Shown here: positions 25,334 to 33,488 of the stretch, piece after piece
How the letters are laid out: each line of letters begins with the position of its first letter
Numbering within the stretch: the first letter of the stretch is position 1
From: a virus
Virus record (IMG/VR): IMGVR_UViG_3300010398_000003
Coordinates: 1 to 60,156 of that record
Strand: one strand, 5' to 3'
DNA: 60,156 bases
Position numbers and translations under genes: made by a program
Notes under the pieces: generated by a model
What the model was told of the DNA's origin: nothing
Databases searched by the model: none
What the model saw: only the letters and a program-made list of their open reading frames with translations

Positions 25334-25741
25334 GTGCGGCTGGAGGTAGCCCAGGATATCGTGCGGGCCCGCTGCTGGGGCCGGTGCGAGGGCTGCGGCG
25401 CCTTCGGCCCGGTGCAAGTGCATCACCGTCGCGCAAGAGGCGTCGGTGGTGTGCACCGTGCGGAGGCCGAGCGGGCCAACGATCCGCGCAACCTGCTCGC
25501 GCTCTGCCCGCCCTGTCACGCCAAGACCGAGGACGCCTCCACCTGGAGACAGTGCGAGGAATTGGGTTGGCGCGTCGAGCACGGCATCCGGGACCCGTAC
25601 GAGATCCCGGCGTACCTGCACACCGTCAACGGCGTGGGCTGGTGGCTGCTGACCGCAGAGGGCGGCTACCGCTGGCAAGACCTTCCGGCCGACCACCGGA
25701 TCACCTGGAGAGAGGACCACGAGGATGGGGACCAAAGCTGA
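25334..25741 (+). CDS. HNH endonuclease
   Basis: CEGCG...VHHRRARGVGG...NLLALCPPCHAKTE is the canonical HNH Cys/His/Asn arrangement. GTG start after GAGGGAGG. Confidence 0.85.
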   Translation: MRLEVAQDIVRARCWGRCEGCGAFGPVQVHHRRARGVGGVHRAEAERANDPRNLLALCPPCHAKTEDASTWRQCEELGWRVEHGIRDPYEIPAYLHTVNGVGWWLLTAEGGYRWQDLPADHRITWREDHEDGDQS

Positions 25742-26897
25742 CGATCTGGTCCAGATCGTCAAGAACATGGAGAAGATGGGCTGGGGTGTGCGCAATGCCC
25801 GGGGCTCCGCCGACGACAAGCTGATCACCGCCCCCAACGGTATGACCATGATGATCAATGTCCGGCCGACATCGAACAACCGTAGCCGCGCCAACTCCCT
25901 GGCCGACATCAAACGTATCGGGTACCACGATGCGTGGGCCCGGTACCAGGAGGCCAACGCCCGGCCAGCCCACCCCAACGGCACCCCGGAGGCGATCGCG
26001 GTGAAGCCCACCGTCCAGGCGGTACCGGTCCAGATGCGGACCGAGAGCGTGCGGGTCACGCGCCGGATGGCCGAGGAGTACCTGTCCCGCCCGCCGGCCC
26101 AGCTGGCCACCGGGGAACGGATCCTCCAGCGCAATCTGGACGGCAACCTGGTGGCCCGGTACGCCGCCTGGATGCGGGCCGGCGAATGGCTCGACAACCA
26201 CCCGCAGGGCTTCGTCTTCGCCCCCGACGGCGGCCTGATCGAGGGCATGCACCGCTGCTGGGCGATCGTCGAATCCGGCCACGAGCCGATCGTGCAGATC
26301 ACCTACGACGCCGACCCGGCCAGCTTCGCCACCATCGACCAGGGCAAGCGGCGCACCTCCGCGAACGTCCTCCAGACCCTCGGCGTCGAACGGGACGCCC
26401 ACCACCTGGCCAGCGCGCTGAAGGTGCTCTGGTGCTGGGACCGCTGGCTGGCCGGCAAGCCAGACGCGGTCGACTGGCGCGGCTGGCACCAGCTGGTCAT
26501 GTCTGCCCCGGAGATGATCGCCACCCGGACCAGGCATCCCCAGCTGGAGGAGTTGGGCGCAGGCGGACGACTCATGGTGGCCCGCATCAGGGGTGTCCCG
26601 GCGGCCGGCGTCGCCGCCCACTACCTGGCCGCCCGTGCCCACCCCGGAGGAGAGAAGGCCCTCGCCGAGTTCGTGACCGGCATCCGGGATGGCGAGATGC
26701 TCGCCAAGGGTGACCCGCGCCTGGCCGTCCGTAACTGGATCCTGGCCCAGCAGGGCATCCGGCAGGTGGATAAGCGGGAAAGGCAGCTGCTCGCGCTGAT
26801 CAAAGCGTGGAACGCCTGGGTGACCGGCAAGAGCATCCGTCAGATGGTCGTCGGCGGCACCGAGCCGCTCTCCCTCCCGTACCACCCGAAGGTCTGA
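25725..26897 (+). CDS. ParB-like N-terminal (nuclease/Srx) domain protein
   Basis: 390 aa. QRNLDGNLVARYAAWMRAGEWLDNHPQGFVFAPDGGLIEGMHRCWAIVESG matches the phage ParB-like core (QR..y...m..G.W....dG.HR..Ai). Confidence 0.6.
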   Translation: MGTKADDLVQIVKNMEKMGWGVRNARGSADDKLITAPNGMTMMINVRPTSNNRSRANSLADIKRIGYHDAWARYQEANARPAHPNGTPEAIAVKPTVQAVPVQMRTESVRVTRRMAEEYLSRPPAQLATGERILQRNLDGNLVARYAAWMRAGEWLDNHPQGFVFAPDGGLIEGMHRCWAIVESGHEPIVQITYDADPASFATIDQGKRRTSANVLQTLGVERDAHHLASALKVLWCWDRWLAGKPDAVDWRGWHQLVMSAPEMIATRTRHPQLEELGAGGRLMVARIRGVPAAGVAAHYLAARAHPGGEKALAEFVTGIRDGEMLAKGDPRLAVRNWILAQQGIRQVDKRERQLLALIKAWNAWVTGKSIRQMVVGGTEPLSLPYHPKV

Positions 26898-26962
26898 ACT
26901 TGACCTATCCCCGTCCGGCCGTCGTACGGTGGCCGGACGGGGGCACCGAGAGGAGAACCATC

Positions 26963-27409
26963 GTGCACGTGCTGTTCGCCCTGTCGATCGCCGTCGGCGT
27001 CGTCGCCGCCCTCGCCCTGCCGCTGCCACTGCTCGGCCGGCACCTGGAGCGCCGCAAGGCCGCCGCCGTGCGGGCCGTCGCTGTCCCGGAGACCGTCGCG
27101 CGTCCATCCGGCCCGGCGCTGGCCGACCTGGACGTGGCCGCCGCGCTCGACGAGTACGAGACCGTGGTCGGCGCCGCGTACCGGCAGTGCGCCAGCCGGA
27201 TCGGCGCCGCCCTCACGCTGTTCGCGGTGAAGGGCCAGATCGAGGTTCCGGCGGTCAGGGCCCTGTCCAGTATCGAGATCGCGTTGCTGCACCTGCGCCA
27301 CGGCGTGCTGGAGCCGGCGTCCGCGTACCGGCCGGCGACCACCGCCACCTCGGAGCACGACTTCGCCGGTCTGCGCGCGCTCCTGGCCGCCGAAGACGCG
27401 CTGGCCTGA
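26963..27409 (+). CDS. membrane-anchored hypothetical protein
   Basis: GTG 26963 lies 8 nt after GAGAGGAG, in frame within ORF 26807..27409. N-terminal TM helix VLFALSIAVGVVAALALPLPLL. Confidence 0.5.
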   Translation: MHVLFALSIAVGVVAALALPLPLLGRHLERRKAAAVRAVAVPETVARPSGPALADLDVAAALDEYETVVGAAYRQCASRIGAALTLFAVKGQIEVPAVRALSSIEIALLHLRHGVLEPASAYRPATTATSEHDFAGLRALLAAEDALA

Positions 27410-27422
27410 TCTCCACCTGGAG

Positions 27423-27464
27423 TTGTCATCGGGGGCGGTCCCGTGTAGAGTGAGTGTCGACAGG
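27423..27464 (+). promoter_or_regulatory. promoter E with 23-bp dyad element
   Basis: TTGTCA (27423-27428)-17 nt-TAGAGT (27446-27451). The dyad element CGTGTAGAGTGAGTGTCGACAGG is at 27442-27464, 23 nt upstream of ATG 27488. Confidence 0.55.
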
Positions 27465-27487
27465 AAAACTCCGGAGAGGGAGTAGCC

Positions 27488-28627
27488 ATGACCGACAACA
27501 TCACCGCCCCCGGCAACTTCGCCGGCACCGCGTGGGCCGACTACCAGCCCACCCAGGACCCCACCGTGGCCAACTGGGGCGGCAGCGACTACGACCGCAT
27601 CGAGAAGGGCATCACGGACGGCCTGGAGAAGACCGCCCAGGGCGCCTCCTTCGCGGCCGTCCGGGCCGGCGGCTGGCACCAGCTCGGCACCGTCTTCGAC
27701 CGCCCGGCCACCGCCGAGGAGCTGCTGGTCACCGCGAACGCCGACTACCCGGTGTTCCTGCGCCCCCTGTACGCCGGCATCGAGGAGGACTCCCAGGTGG
27801 GCACCGCGACCGTGCCGAACATGGCCTCGATCTGCCGGCCCGCCGCCGACGGGGGCGTGCAGGTGCTCGGCGTCGGCTCCAAGAACTACCAGCCGATCAG
27901 CAACCGCGAGGCGTTCGTCCAGCTCGGAGACGCCGTTGTGGACGTGGCCGAGCCCACCGCCGCCACCTGCGGTGTGCTGTATGGCGGTAAGCGCGCGTTC
28001 ATGTGCTGGCGGCTCCCGCAGGGCCTCATGGTCGGCGGCGTGGACGCCCACGAACTGTGGCTGCTGGTCTGCCACTCGCACGACCTGTCGCAGCCGCTGA
28101 TCGCCGCGATCACCCCGCTGCGCACCGTGTGCCAGAACACCGAGCGATACAACCTGCGCAACGTCGTCTCCCGCTGGACCATGAAGAAGACCCGCAACGC
28201 CAAGGTCCAGCTCCAGCAGGTCCGGGACGCCCTGAAGCTGTCCTGGGAGTACACCAACGAGCTGGACAAGATCGCTACCGAGCTGCTCAACACCCCCATG
28301 ACCAATGCCCGCTTCGAGGCGATCATCACCCAGGAGTTCGGCCCCGGTGAGGACGCCGGCAAGCGCGCCGAGAACGCCTGGGACGAGAAGCACACCAAGC
28401 TGATGGAGCTGTTCGCCGTCGCCGACACCCAGGCCAACATCCGGGGCACCGCGTGGGGCGCCGCCCAGGCCGTCGGCGAGTATCAGGACTGGATGACGAA
28501 GGCCATCCAGAAGGGCTGGGACAGCCCCGACGCGTACCGCTTCTGGCGCTCCGTCAGCGGCGAGAAGTCCACCCAGCAGCCCAAGGACGCCATGCTCCGC
28601 GCCGTGCGCGAGTACGCGGGCGTCTAA
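27488..28627 (+). CDS. DUF932-family protein
   Basis: 379 aa. SKNYQPISNREAF, GVLYGGKRAF, LLVCHSHDLSQPL and PLRTVCQNTERYNL match the DUF932 (phage/plasmid-related) conserved blocks. Confidence 0.7.
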   Translation: MTDNITAPGNFAGTAWADYQPTQDPTVANWGGSDYDRIEKGITDGLEKTAQGASFAAVRAGGWHQLGTVFDRPATAEELLVTANADYPVFLRPLYAGIEEDSQVGTATVPNMASICRPAADGGVQVLGVGSKNYQPISNREAFVQLGDAVVDVAEPTAATCGVLYGGKRAFMCWRLPQGLMVGGVDAHELWLLVCHSHDLSQPLIAAITPLRTVCQNTERYNLRNVVSRWTMKKTRNAKVQLQQVRDALKLSWEYTNELDKIATELLNTPMTNARFEAIITQEFGPGEDAGKRAENAWDEKHTKLMELFAVADTQANIRGTAWGAAQAVGEYQDWMTKAIQKGWDSPDAYRFWRSVSGEKSTQQPKDAMLRAVREYAGV

Positions 28628-28633
28628 CCGACC

Positions 28634-28668
28634 GGTGCCCGGTCCGTTCGCAAGGCGGACCGGGCACC
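28634..28668 (+). terminator. hairpin after the DUF932 gene (terminator/attenuator)
   Basis: GGTGCCCGGTCCG (28634-28646) pairs perfectly with CGGACCGGGCACC (28656-28668) around a 9-nt loop. There is no clear T-tract. Confidence 0.45.
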
Positions 28669-28689
28669 TCCATTCGGAGAGGGAGACCA

Positions 28690-29103
28690 ATGGAGGAAGA
28701 CGGATCATTGAGCGCCTACCCCGAGCACGAGAAGCTGAAGCAGTTCAACGCCGGATATGAGTCGGCCACCCAGGCTGTCGGGGACTTCCTGGAATGGATC
28801 GCCAGCCAGCAGTCCGCCCGGCTCATGGTCTTCGCCGAATGGATCGAGGAATTCAAGATCACCTGTCCGAATACGCACTTCACGGCTGGGGGCATCGCCC
28901 ACTGCGAGGTCTGCGACGAGAACGGTAGCGCCGCGACTTCCGAGAAGAAGTCCGGTTGGGTACCCGCCGCCGGTTCCCTCACGGGGTGGCTTGCCGACTG
29001 GTCCGGTGTCGACCTGGCGAAGTTGGAGGCCGAGAAGCGCGCCATGCTCGATGCGATCCGGGCGCAGAATCTTACTACCGAACCGAAGGCGGCCAGCGCA
29101 TGA
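28690..29103 (+). CDS. hypothetical protein
   Basis: ATG 28690 after GGAGAGGGAGA, in frame within ORF 28453..29103. 137 aa. Contains CPNTH...HCEVCDENG. Confidence 0.6.
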   Translation: MEEDGSLSAYPEHEKLKQFNAGYESATQAVGDFLEWIASQQSARLMVFAEWIEEFKITCPNTHFTAGGIAHCEVCDENGSAATSEKKSGWVPAAGSLTGWLADWSGVDLAKLEAEKRAMLDAIRAQNLTTEPKAASA

Positions 29104-29429
29104 CCCGGGACGAAATGCTGGCCAACGCGCTGACTATCGGTCTTACGGCGGGTGAACGGCAGGCGCTGGACGAGTTAATCGCTGAATACGTGGGACCGCC
29201 GGAGACCTGGTCGCGGTGCACCGGCTACGGGCCGTGCGGGGGCTGCGACTCCTGCATCATCGGCCAGGCAACCTACGGATTCGAGGAGCGCGCCAAGGAC
29301 CGATACCGCCGGGCCAAGCTCGGCCTCCTCGTTGCGCCGATACTCCTCCAGTTCCCGCCCTGGATGCTGCCATGGCCTGCGTGCTGCGCCACCTGGGAAC
29401 ACACCGTACGAGTGAGGGAGGACCGATGA
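29100..29429 (+). CDS. hypothetical Cys-rich protein
   Basis: ATG 29100 overlaps the upstream stop (ATGA). 109 aa. Contains CTGYGPCGGCDSC. Confidence 0.55.
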   Translation: MTRDEMLANALTIGLTAGERQALDELIAEYVGPPETWSRCTGYGPCGGCDSCIIGQATYGFEERAKDRYRRAKLGLLVAPILLQFPPWMLPWPACCATWEHTVRVREDR

Positions 29430-29635
29430 ACAGGTCACGGGCCAGGCGACGCCTGTTTGCCTGGATGCGCTACGAGGCCCGATGCTGCCAGGTGGCCGGC
29501 GGGGCGGAGTATGCCCGCCCGCACTGGGGCTACGCGCGAGCCGGTGCGCCATTCTACCGAAACGAGGCCACGTTCCCGTATGGGTGGCATGTCCGGATGT
29601 GGTGGTACGCGGACGAAGTGGCGATCAACCGATGA
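29426..29635 (+). CDS. hypothetical small protein
   Basis: ATG 29426 overlaps the upstream stop (ATGA). 69 aa, Trp/Arg-rich. Confidence 0.5.
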   Translation: MNRSRARRRLFAWMRYEARCCQVAGGAEYARPHWGYARAGAPFYRNEATFPYGWHVRMWWYADEVAINR

Positions 29636-30012
29636 GCGGATCCGAGATCCGGCGCGGCCGGGCGGCCGGCCCGAAGGTCCACGAGGACGTGTTGCCTATC
29701 GACGTGCCGCCGGCCGCCGCCCCGCCGTGGCCGGTCAAGAACAAGCTGTGGGCTGGGATCTCCACCTGGACCACGTACCGGGGCAAGCACCAGCTCTGTC
29801 ACCCTTGCGTCCTCGTCGTCCACGAGCGCGGCATCCAGGCCGCCCCGCCTCCCGCGCCGGCCACCCAGAAGCGCAAAGGACCCAACGGCGAAACGCTGTG
29901 CTGTGGACCGCACGCGGCCGAATGGCAGCGGATGGACGCCGAGGCCGCAAGGGCACGAGCCGACCGCGTCAGGCGGGTCGCCGAGCGGTCCAAGACCCGG
30001 ACCTTCCGATAG
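29632..30012 (+). CDS. hypothetical protein with Cys/His pairs
   Basis: ATG 29632 overlaps the upstream stop (ATGA). 126 aa. Contains LCHPC...LCCGPH. Confidence 0.5.
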   Translation: MSGSEIRRGRAAGPKVHEDVLPIDVPPAAAPPWPVKNKLWAGISTWTTYRGKHQLCHPCVLVVHERGIQAAPPPAPATQKRKGPNGETLCCGPHAAEWQRMDAEAARARADRVRRVAERSKTRTFR

Positions 30013-30275
30013 CACGCGAGGGTTGCGATCTCGCCGTAAACCACGCTAGGCTTCCGGCAGGTTCGAACCGAGGGCGCACTGAGCCGACAAGGCGAGGGAC
30101 GCGTACCCCGGGGCCACCACCGGGGTTGCCCGTAAGGTGGCGGAGGGCAAGCCGATCCAAGAGGGTCTCGGTGAGAGACCTACCCGGGGGGGCTGCGGCG
30201 CCCGGCTTGCCGGGACAGATGGACGGCTTCGCAACCGTCCTGCCCACAGGATCTGCGAGGGATCCGGCACGAGGA

Positions 30276-30348
30276 GCGTCGAAGGTCGGGCGGAACCGAC
30301 CACCGCTGAAGCAGGCGGAGACGCAGGGTTCGACTCCCCGCTGACGCA
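30276..30348 (+). ncRNA. tRNA-like cloverleaf b (non-canonical anticodon arm)
   Basis: Acceptor 30276-82 / 30341-47: 6 of 7 pairs, one of them G-T. D arm GTCG / CGAC with an 8-nt GG loop. T arm CAGGG-TTCGACT-CCCCG with one mismatch. The central arm has only 4 bp and an 8-nt loop TGAAGCAG with no U33-type geometry. Confidence 0.4.
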
Positions 30349-30450
30349 CGGGAACGCTTGACGCCCAGGCTGTGGTGATCGTGGCGACGACACTGACGGC
30401 TGAAAGAGCAGGAACCCGGAGAGTTCGCAGCGCAAAGCGGCGGTCCGGGA

Positions 30451-30524
30451 CGCACGGAAGCTCCAGGGAGAGCGCCGAGGGTGGGTAACTCTCGGAGGCC
30501 GGGGTTCGAGTCCCTACCGTGCAC
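30451..30524 (+). ncRNA. tRNA-like cloverleaf c (extended central hairpin)
   Basis: Acceptor: 6 of 7 pairs. D arm GCTC-CAGGGA-GAGC. T arm CGGGG-TTCGAGT-CCCTA. The central arm CCGAG / CTCGG extends to 7-8 bp, with a loop of 5-7 nt that does not fit an anticodon loop. Confidence 0.4.
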
Positions 30525-30744
30525 GAGCGGCAACGCACGGGAAAGCCCCCAGGTCCGGGACGCCGGGCAGCCTGGTCGAGGCCGGTACCGGTGACACCAG
30601 CTCGGAGCCCACGTCGACGTCCGTGGGGTGTGTCCGGTCCACCACCGCGAGGCGGGTACCGCGTAGCGGATGCGCATGGGGGGACTGGCTTCGATGCCAC
30701 GGACATGCGGAGCGGGACAGCCCTAGCAGAGGCCCCCGCGCCAT

Positions 30745-30804
30745 GGGGCGGTAGCCGGCTGGGACCGGTACTCCGGAGTCCAGGTTCGAATCCTGGCCGC
30801 CCCT
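30745..30804 (+). ncRNA. 60-nt minimal tRNA-like element d
   Basis: Perfect 7-bp acceptor GGGGCGG / CCGCCCC. Perfect T arm CCAGG-TTCGAAT-CCTGG. D-like arm CCGG-CTGGGA-CCGG. The anticodon arm is replaced by the 10-nt palindrome ACTCCGGAGT. No encoded CCA. Confidence 0.5.
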
Positions 30805-31133
30805 CGTAGGACCGGCAGGCCGCGCTTCGGCGCGCGAGGTCTGGGGCTGGGGAATCTGCTCACCCATCCTCGGTAAGAACGCGGCGCGATACGGGCGAGG
30901 CCGCGCACGTCCGGCTAGGGATGAGGCCGGACGCGGAGAGGTCGAGCGGAGCGTCCTGCTGCTCGACCTCTCCACCCGGAGTTCCCGGGCTTGCCCGGGG
31001 GGACTTGCCGGCTGGACCAGATGCAACCGGTGGCCGGCGGACAGCGGCCCGTGATCTACAGGCTGCCGGCCGGCCGGTACCCCAGCGCGGGCATGGGTAT
31101 CGGCCTCGGACATCCACCTGGAGAGGAGTGGAG

Positions 31134-31586
31134 ATGGGGAAGCCCGTCACCCGCGAGAACGCCGTCAGGACGCAGGCCACCCTGCCGGACGAACTGTCGG
31201 GCCCCGGTCAACAGACTCCGCACGGACCCCAGGGCCCGAAGCGGCTCACCCGTGCCGACCGGCGCGCCTACGAGCGGATCCGTGCTCGGCGCAAGCTCCG
31301 TCCGCAGTACGCGGGCGAGACCGGCCGCCAGCGGCGGGAACGGTGGGAGCAGGAGCGACATCAGGAGTTGGCGCGCGCCGGCCACCGCCTCGGCGTCGGT
31401 GAGATGTTCACCGTGGGTGACCGGAAGCGGATCGTGATCGCGCTCAACCAGGAGGCCGCCGAACGGGCTGGGTTGACCAACGCCCAGTGGGCCTGCATGA
31501 ACCGGAAGCAGCGGGCCGAGACGCTCGATCGGGTACGCCACGAGGCCCTGTCCGAGTACATCGCGGCCACCGGGAGCACCTGGTGA
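31134..31586 (+). CDS. hypothetical basic protein
   Basis: ATG 31134 after GGAGAGGAGTGGAG, in frame within ORF 30921..31586. 150 aa, Arg/Glu-rich and helical. Confidence 0.6.
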   Translation: MGKPVTRENAVRTQATLPDELSGPGQQTPHGPQGPKRLTRADRRAYERIRARRKLRPQYAGETGRQRRERWEQERHQELARAGHRLGVGEMFTVGDRKRIVIALNQEAAERAGLTNAQWACMNRKQRAETLDRVRHEALSEYIAATGSTW

Positions 31587-31804
31587 GGATCCTTCACTAC
31601 CCGAGCCCGCCCGACGTGGGCACCATCGTCGGCCCTGGCCTGGATGGCCGGTGGTGGATGGTCGTTGGTCAGGACGGGCAGGACACCCAGCTGGAACAGG
31701 CCGGCTTCTGGTCCCTCATGGACGCGCCGCTGGCCATCACCGCGCCGCGTTCGATGACCGAGTTCGACTACCACGCGATGCGTTCGAGGAGGAGGTTCCG
31801 GTGA
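31583..31804 (+). CDS. hypothetical small protein
   Basis: GTG 31583 overlaps the upstream stop (GTGA). 73 aa. Confidence 0.5.
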   Translation: MRILHYPSPPDVGTIVGPGLDGRWWMVVGQDGQDTQLEQAGFWSLMDAPLAITAPRSMTEFDYHAMRSRRRFR

Positions 31805-32424
31805 GGTACTGGTACGACTTCGAGTTCCTGGAGGACGGCCGGACCATCGACCCGATCTCCGTCGGCGTGGTCGCGGAGGACGGCCGCGAGTATTACGCGG
31901 TGTGGGACAACATCAACGACGAGCCGCTGTACTCACGCATCTGCGAGCATCGCTGGCTGGTGAAGAACGTGGTGCCGCACCTGCCGCTCGTACCGCAGCC
32001 GGACGGTGAGCTGGTCCACCTGGAAGGCGCACAGCGGAAGGTCCTCGGCGCCACGGTGCCCTACTACTACGAGAAGACCCGATGGGCGCTGGACATGGAC
32101 AGCACGGTCGTCAAGCCGCGCCGGCTGATCCGCGCCGAGCTGCGGGGGTTCTTCCTGGCCGACGAGGAGCCGGAGCTGTGGGCGTGGTACGCGGCCTACG
32201 ACCACGTGGCGCTCGCCCAGCTCTGGCGGCCGATGGCCGATCTCCCGGCCAACCTGCCGATGTATACGAACGATCTACGGCAGACGGTCCGCCAGGTAGG
32301 CATCCGTGAGCAGGACCTCCCGACCCTCCCGCCCGGCGCCGCGCACCACCCGCTTTCCGACGCCCACAACCTGCGGGATCGGTTCTACTACGTCGCCGAG
32401 TACTGCGACGGGCGACAGTTGTGA
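31801..32424 (+). CDS. DEDDh 3'-5' exonuclease (DnaQ-like fold)
   Basis: GTG 31801 overlaps the upstream stop. YDFEFLEDGRTIDPISVGVVAEDGREYYAV is Exo I. WAWYAAYDHVAL is Exo II. HHPLSDAHNL is Exo III of the H-x4-D type. Confidence 0.75.
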   Translation: MRYWYDFEFLEDGRTIDPISVGVVAEDGREYYAVWDNINDEPLYSRICEHRWLVKNVVPHLPLVPQPDGELVHLEGAQRKVLGATVPYYYEKTRWALDMDSTVVKPRRLIRAELRGFFLADEEPELWAWYAAYDHVALAQLWRPMADLPANLPMYTNDLRQTVRQVGIREQDLPTLPPGAAHHPLSDAHNLRDRFYYVAEYCDGRQL

Positions 32425-32786
32425 ACCCGCGCCAAGCTAACGACCAGGCCCTGGAGTGGGCCATCGTACTGGCCCGGGGCGTCAGCGTCGGGTGCGCGAT
32501 TAGCGCCCTTATGACGCTAGTACTGGCCGCGCTGTGGTTGTCGCCGCCGGTCGCCTACGCGGGCGGTGTCCAGCTGGTCGGCGCCGGCCTGATTGGCTGG
32601 TTCGGCTGGTGGCAGTACGGCAACCCGGAGTGGCGCGGCGGTATCCAGGTGCGCCCCGACGTGTGCAACGTCGTCCACCTGGAGAGCGGCCTGGTCTGCC
32701 GGGTCCGGATCACGCCCGGCCACGCCCACCCCGGCTCGCACTGGGACTCTGTGGCCGACCCTGAAGGGAAGTCCAGGTGGAGCTGA
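32421..32786 (+). CDS. membrane protein
   Basis: GTG 32421 overlaps the upstream stop. 121 aa with two hydrophobic helices (AISALMTLVLAALWL, GGVQLVGAGLIGWFGWW). Confidence 0.55.
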   Translation: MNPRQANDQALEWAIVLARGVSVGCAISALMTLVLAALWLSPPVAYAGGVQLVGAGLIGWFGWWQYGNPEWRGGIQVRPDVCNVVHLESGLVCRVRITPGHAHPGSHWDSVADPEGKSRWS

Positions 32787-32974
32787 AGATGTATCTCTGG
32801 AAGGCCCTGGACTTCGTGCCGGCCGAGTCCCGCCACGATGCCGTGGACACCACCATGGCCGCCTTCATGGCCTGGCTGCGCGAGGGCGCGCGCCAGCACC
32901 AGGAAAGCGGCCGTCCGCAGACCGCCCAGGTGCTGCGGGGCGTCGCCGGACTCGTCGAGTTCGAGCGCACCTGA
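32777..32974 (+). CDS. hypothetical small protein
   Basis: 65-aa ORF. The start is GTG 32777 or ATG 32789 (MYLWKAL). Confidence 0.45.
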   Translation: MELKMYLWKALDFVPAESRHDAVDTTMAAFMAWLREGARQHQESGRPQTAQVLRGVAGLVEFERT

Positions 32975-33252
32975 TGGCCCGGCCCGCCAGCGAGGAGATC
33001 GCCTGGGTGTCGGCCGAACTGGCCATGCGCGCCCTGGAGAAGGCGGCGGCGGCCGAACCGCGCCTGCTCGCCCAAGCGTTCGTCGACTGGTTCCCGGACG
33101 CTGACGGGTCGATGCAGCGCGCCGAGATGGCGGCCGGCGTGGCCACCGCGCTGCGCGGCTACGCCCGGCTCATCCAACAGCGCATGAACAAGATGGTAGC
33201 CAGGGGCGATATGCGTAAGCCCGGTTCAACCCCAGATGGAGAGGTGACGTGA
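32974..33252 (+). CDS. hypothetical small protein
   Basis: ATG 32974 overlaps the upstream stop (TGATG), in frame within ORF 32593..33252. 92 aa, helical. Confidence 0.5.
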   Translation: MARPASEEIAWVSAELAMRALEKAAAAEPRLLAQAFVDWFPDADGSMQRAEMAAGVATALRGYARLIQQRMNKMVARGDMRKPGSTPDGEVT

Positions 33253-33488
33253 TGGGCTACCTCCAGCAGATCGTCCAGCCGACGCCGAAGATCCGCCGGC
33301 TCTACACCCCCGCCGAGGTCGCCGCGATCTTCCGCGTCGACCCGAAGACCGTCACCCGGTGGGCAGCCAAGGGCACGATGATCCTCCAGGACGGCACGCC
33401 CGTCGAGATCATCCGCACGCCTGGTGGTCATCGCCGCTTCGACGCCCTCCAGGTGGACCAGCTGCGCCGTGAGACCGTAGGCCAGTGA
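33249..33488 (+). CDS. MerR/excisionase-type HTH DNA-binding protein
   Basis: LYTPAEVAAIFRVDPKTVTRWAAKG...IRTPGGHRRF is the excisionase-family/MerR-like HTH signature. 79 aa. Confidence 0.7.
   Translation: MMGYLQQIVQPTPKIRRLYTPAEVAAIFRVDPKTVTRWAAKGTMILQDGTPVEIIRTPGGHRRFDALQVDQLRRETVGQ

Larger units (their letters stand above)
30013..31133 (+). ncRNA. coding-poor, hairpin-dense segment: candidate large structured RNA / tRNA-like array
   Basis: The only ORFs are Arg/Gly/Pro-rich and lack an RBS or coupling, whereas genes elsewhere in the genome are tightly packed. Perfect hairpins lie at 30164-30180, 30201-30214 (CTTG loop), 30221-30240, 30821-30834 (TTCG loop), 30935-30973 (13-bp stem) and 30984-30999 (CTTG loop). 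There are also three GTTCGA T-loop modules. Confidence 0.5.

Noticed and set aside
30059-30070. GGTTCGAACC as a fourth T arm
   Set aside because: It is a self-complementary 10-mer. The flanking bases do not form a 5-bp T stem on either strand.
30276-30804. Canonical tRNA genes at the three GTTCGA T-loop sites
   Set aside because: Acceptor, D and T arms can be drawn, but none has a 5-bp anticodon stem with a 7-nt loop and U33. Module d has no anticodon arm at all. I call them tRNA-like elements, not tRNAs. tRNAscan-SE or ARAGORN should confirm this.
30312-30804. tmRNA gene, suggested by 5' GGCGGAG-A-CGCA-GGGTTCGAC resembling the tmRNA 5' tRNA-like end and by the T arm plus acceptor at 30780-30803
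   Set aside because: The candidate 5' strand pairs with the 3' acceptor in only 5 of 7 positions. No P2-type helix brings the ends together. No tag reading frame ending in an ALAA-like sequence plus stop is visible. A perfect 5' acceptor partner for the 3' end lies only 60 nt upstream, at 30745.
29457-31180. Long ORFs across the RNA locus (29457..30344 +, 29969..30706 -, 30514..31113 -, 30180..30677 -, and others)
   Set aside because: They are Arg/Gly/Pro/Ser-rich translations typical of off-frame GC-rich DNA. They have no RBS or coupling and overlap one another on both strands.
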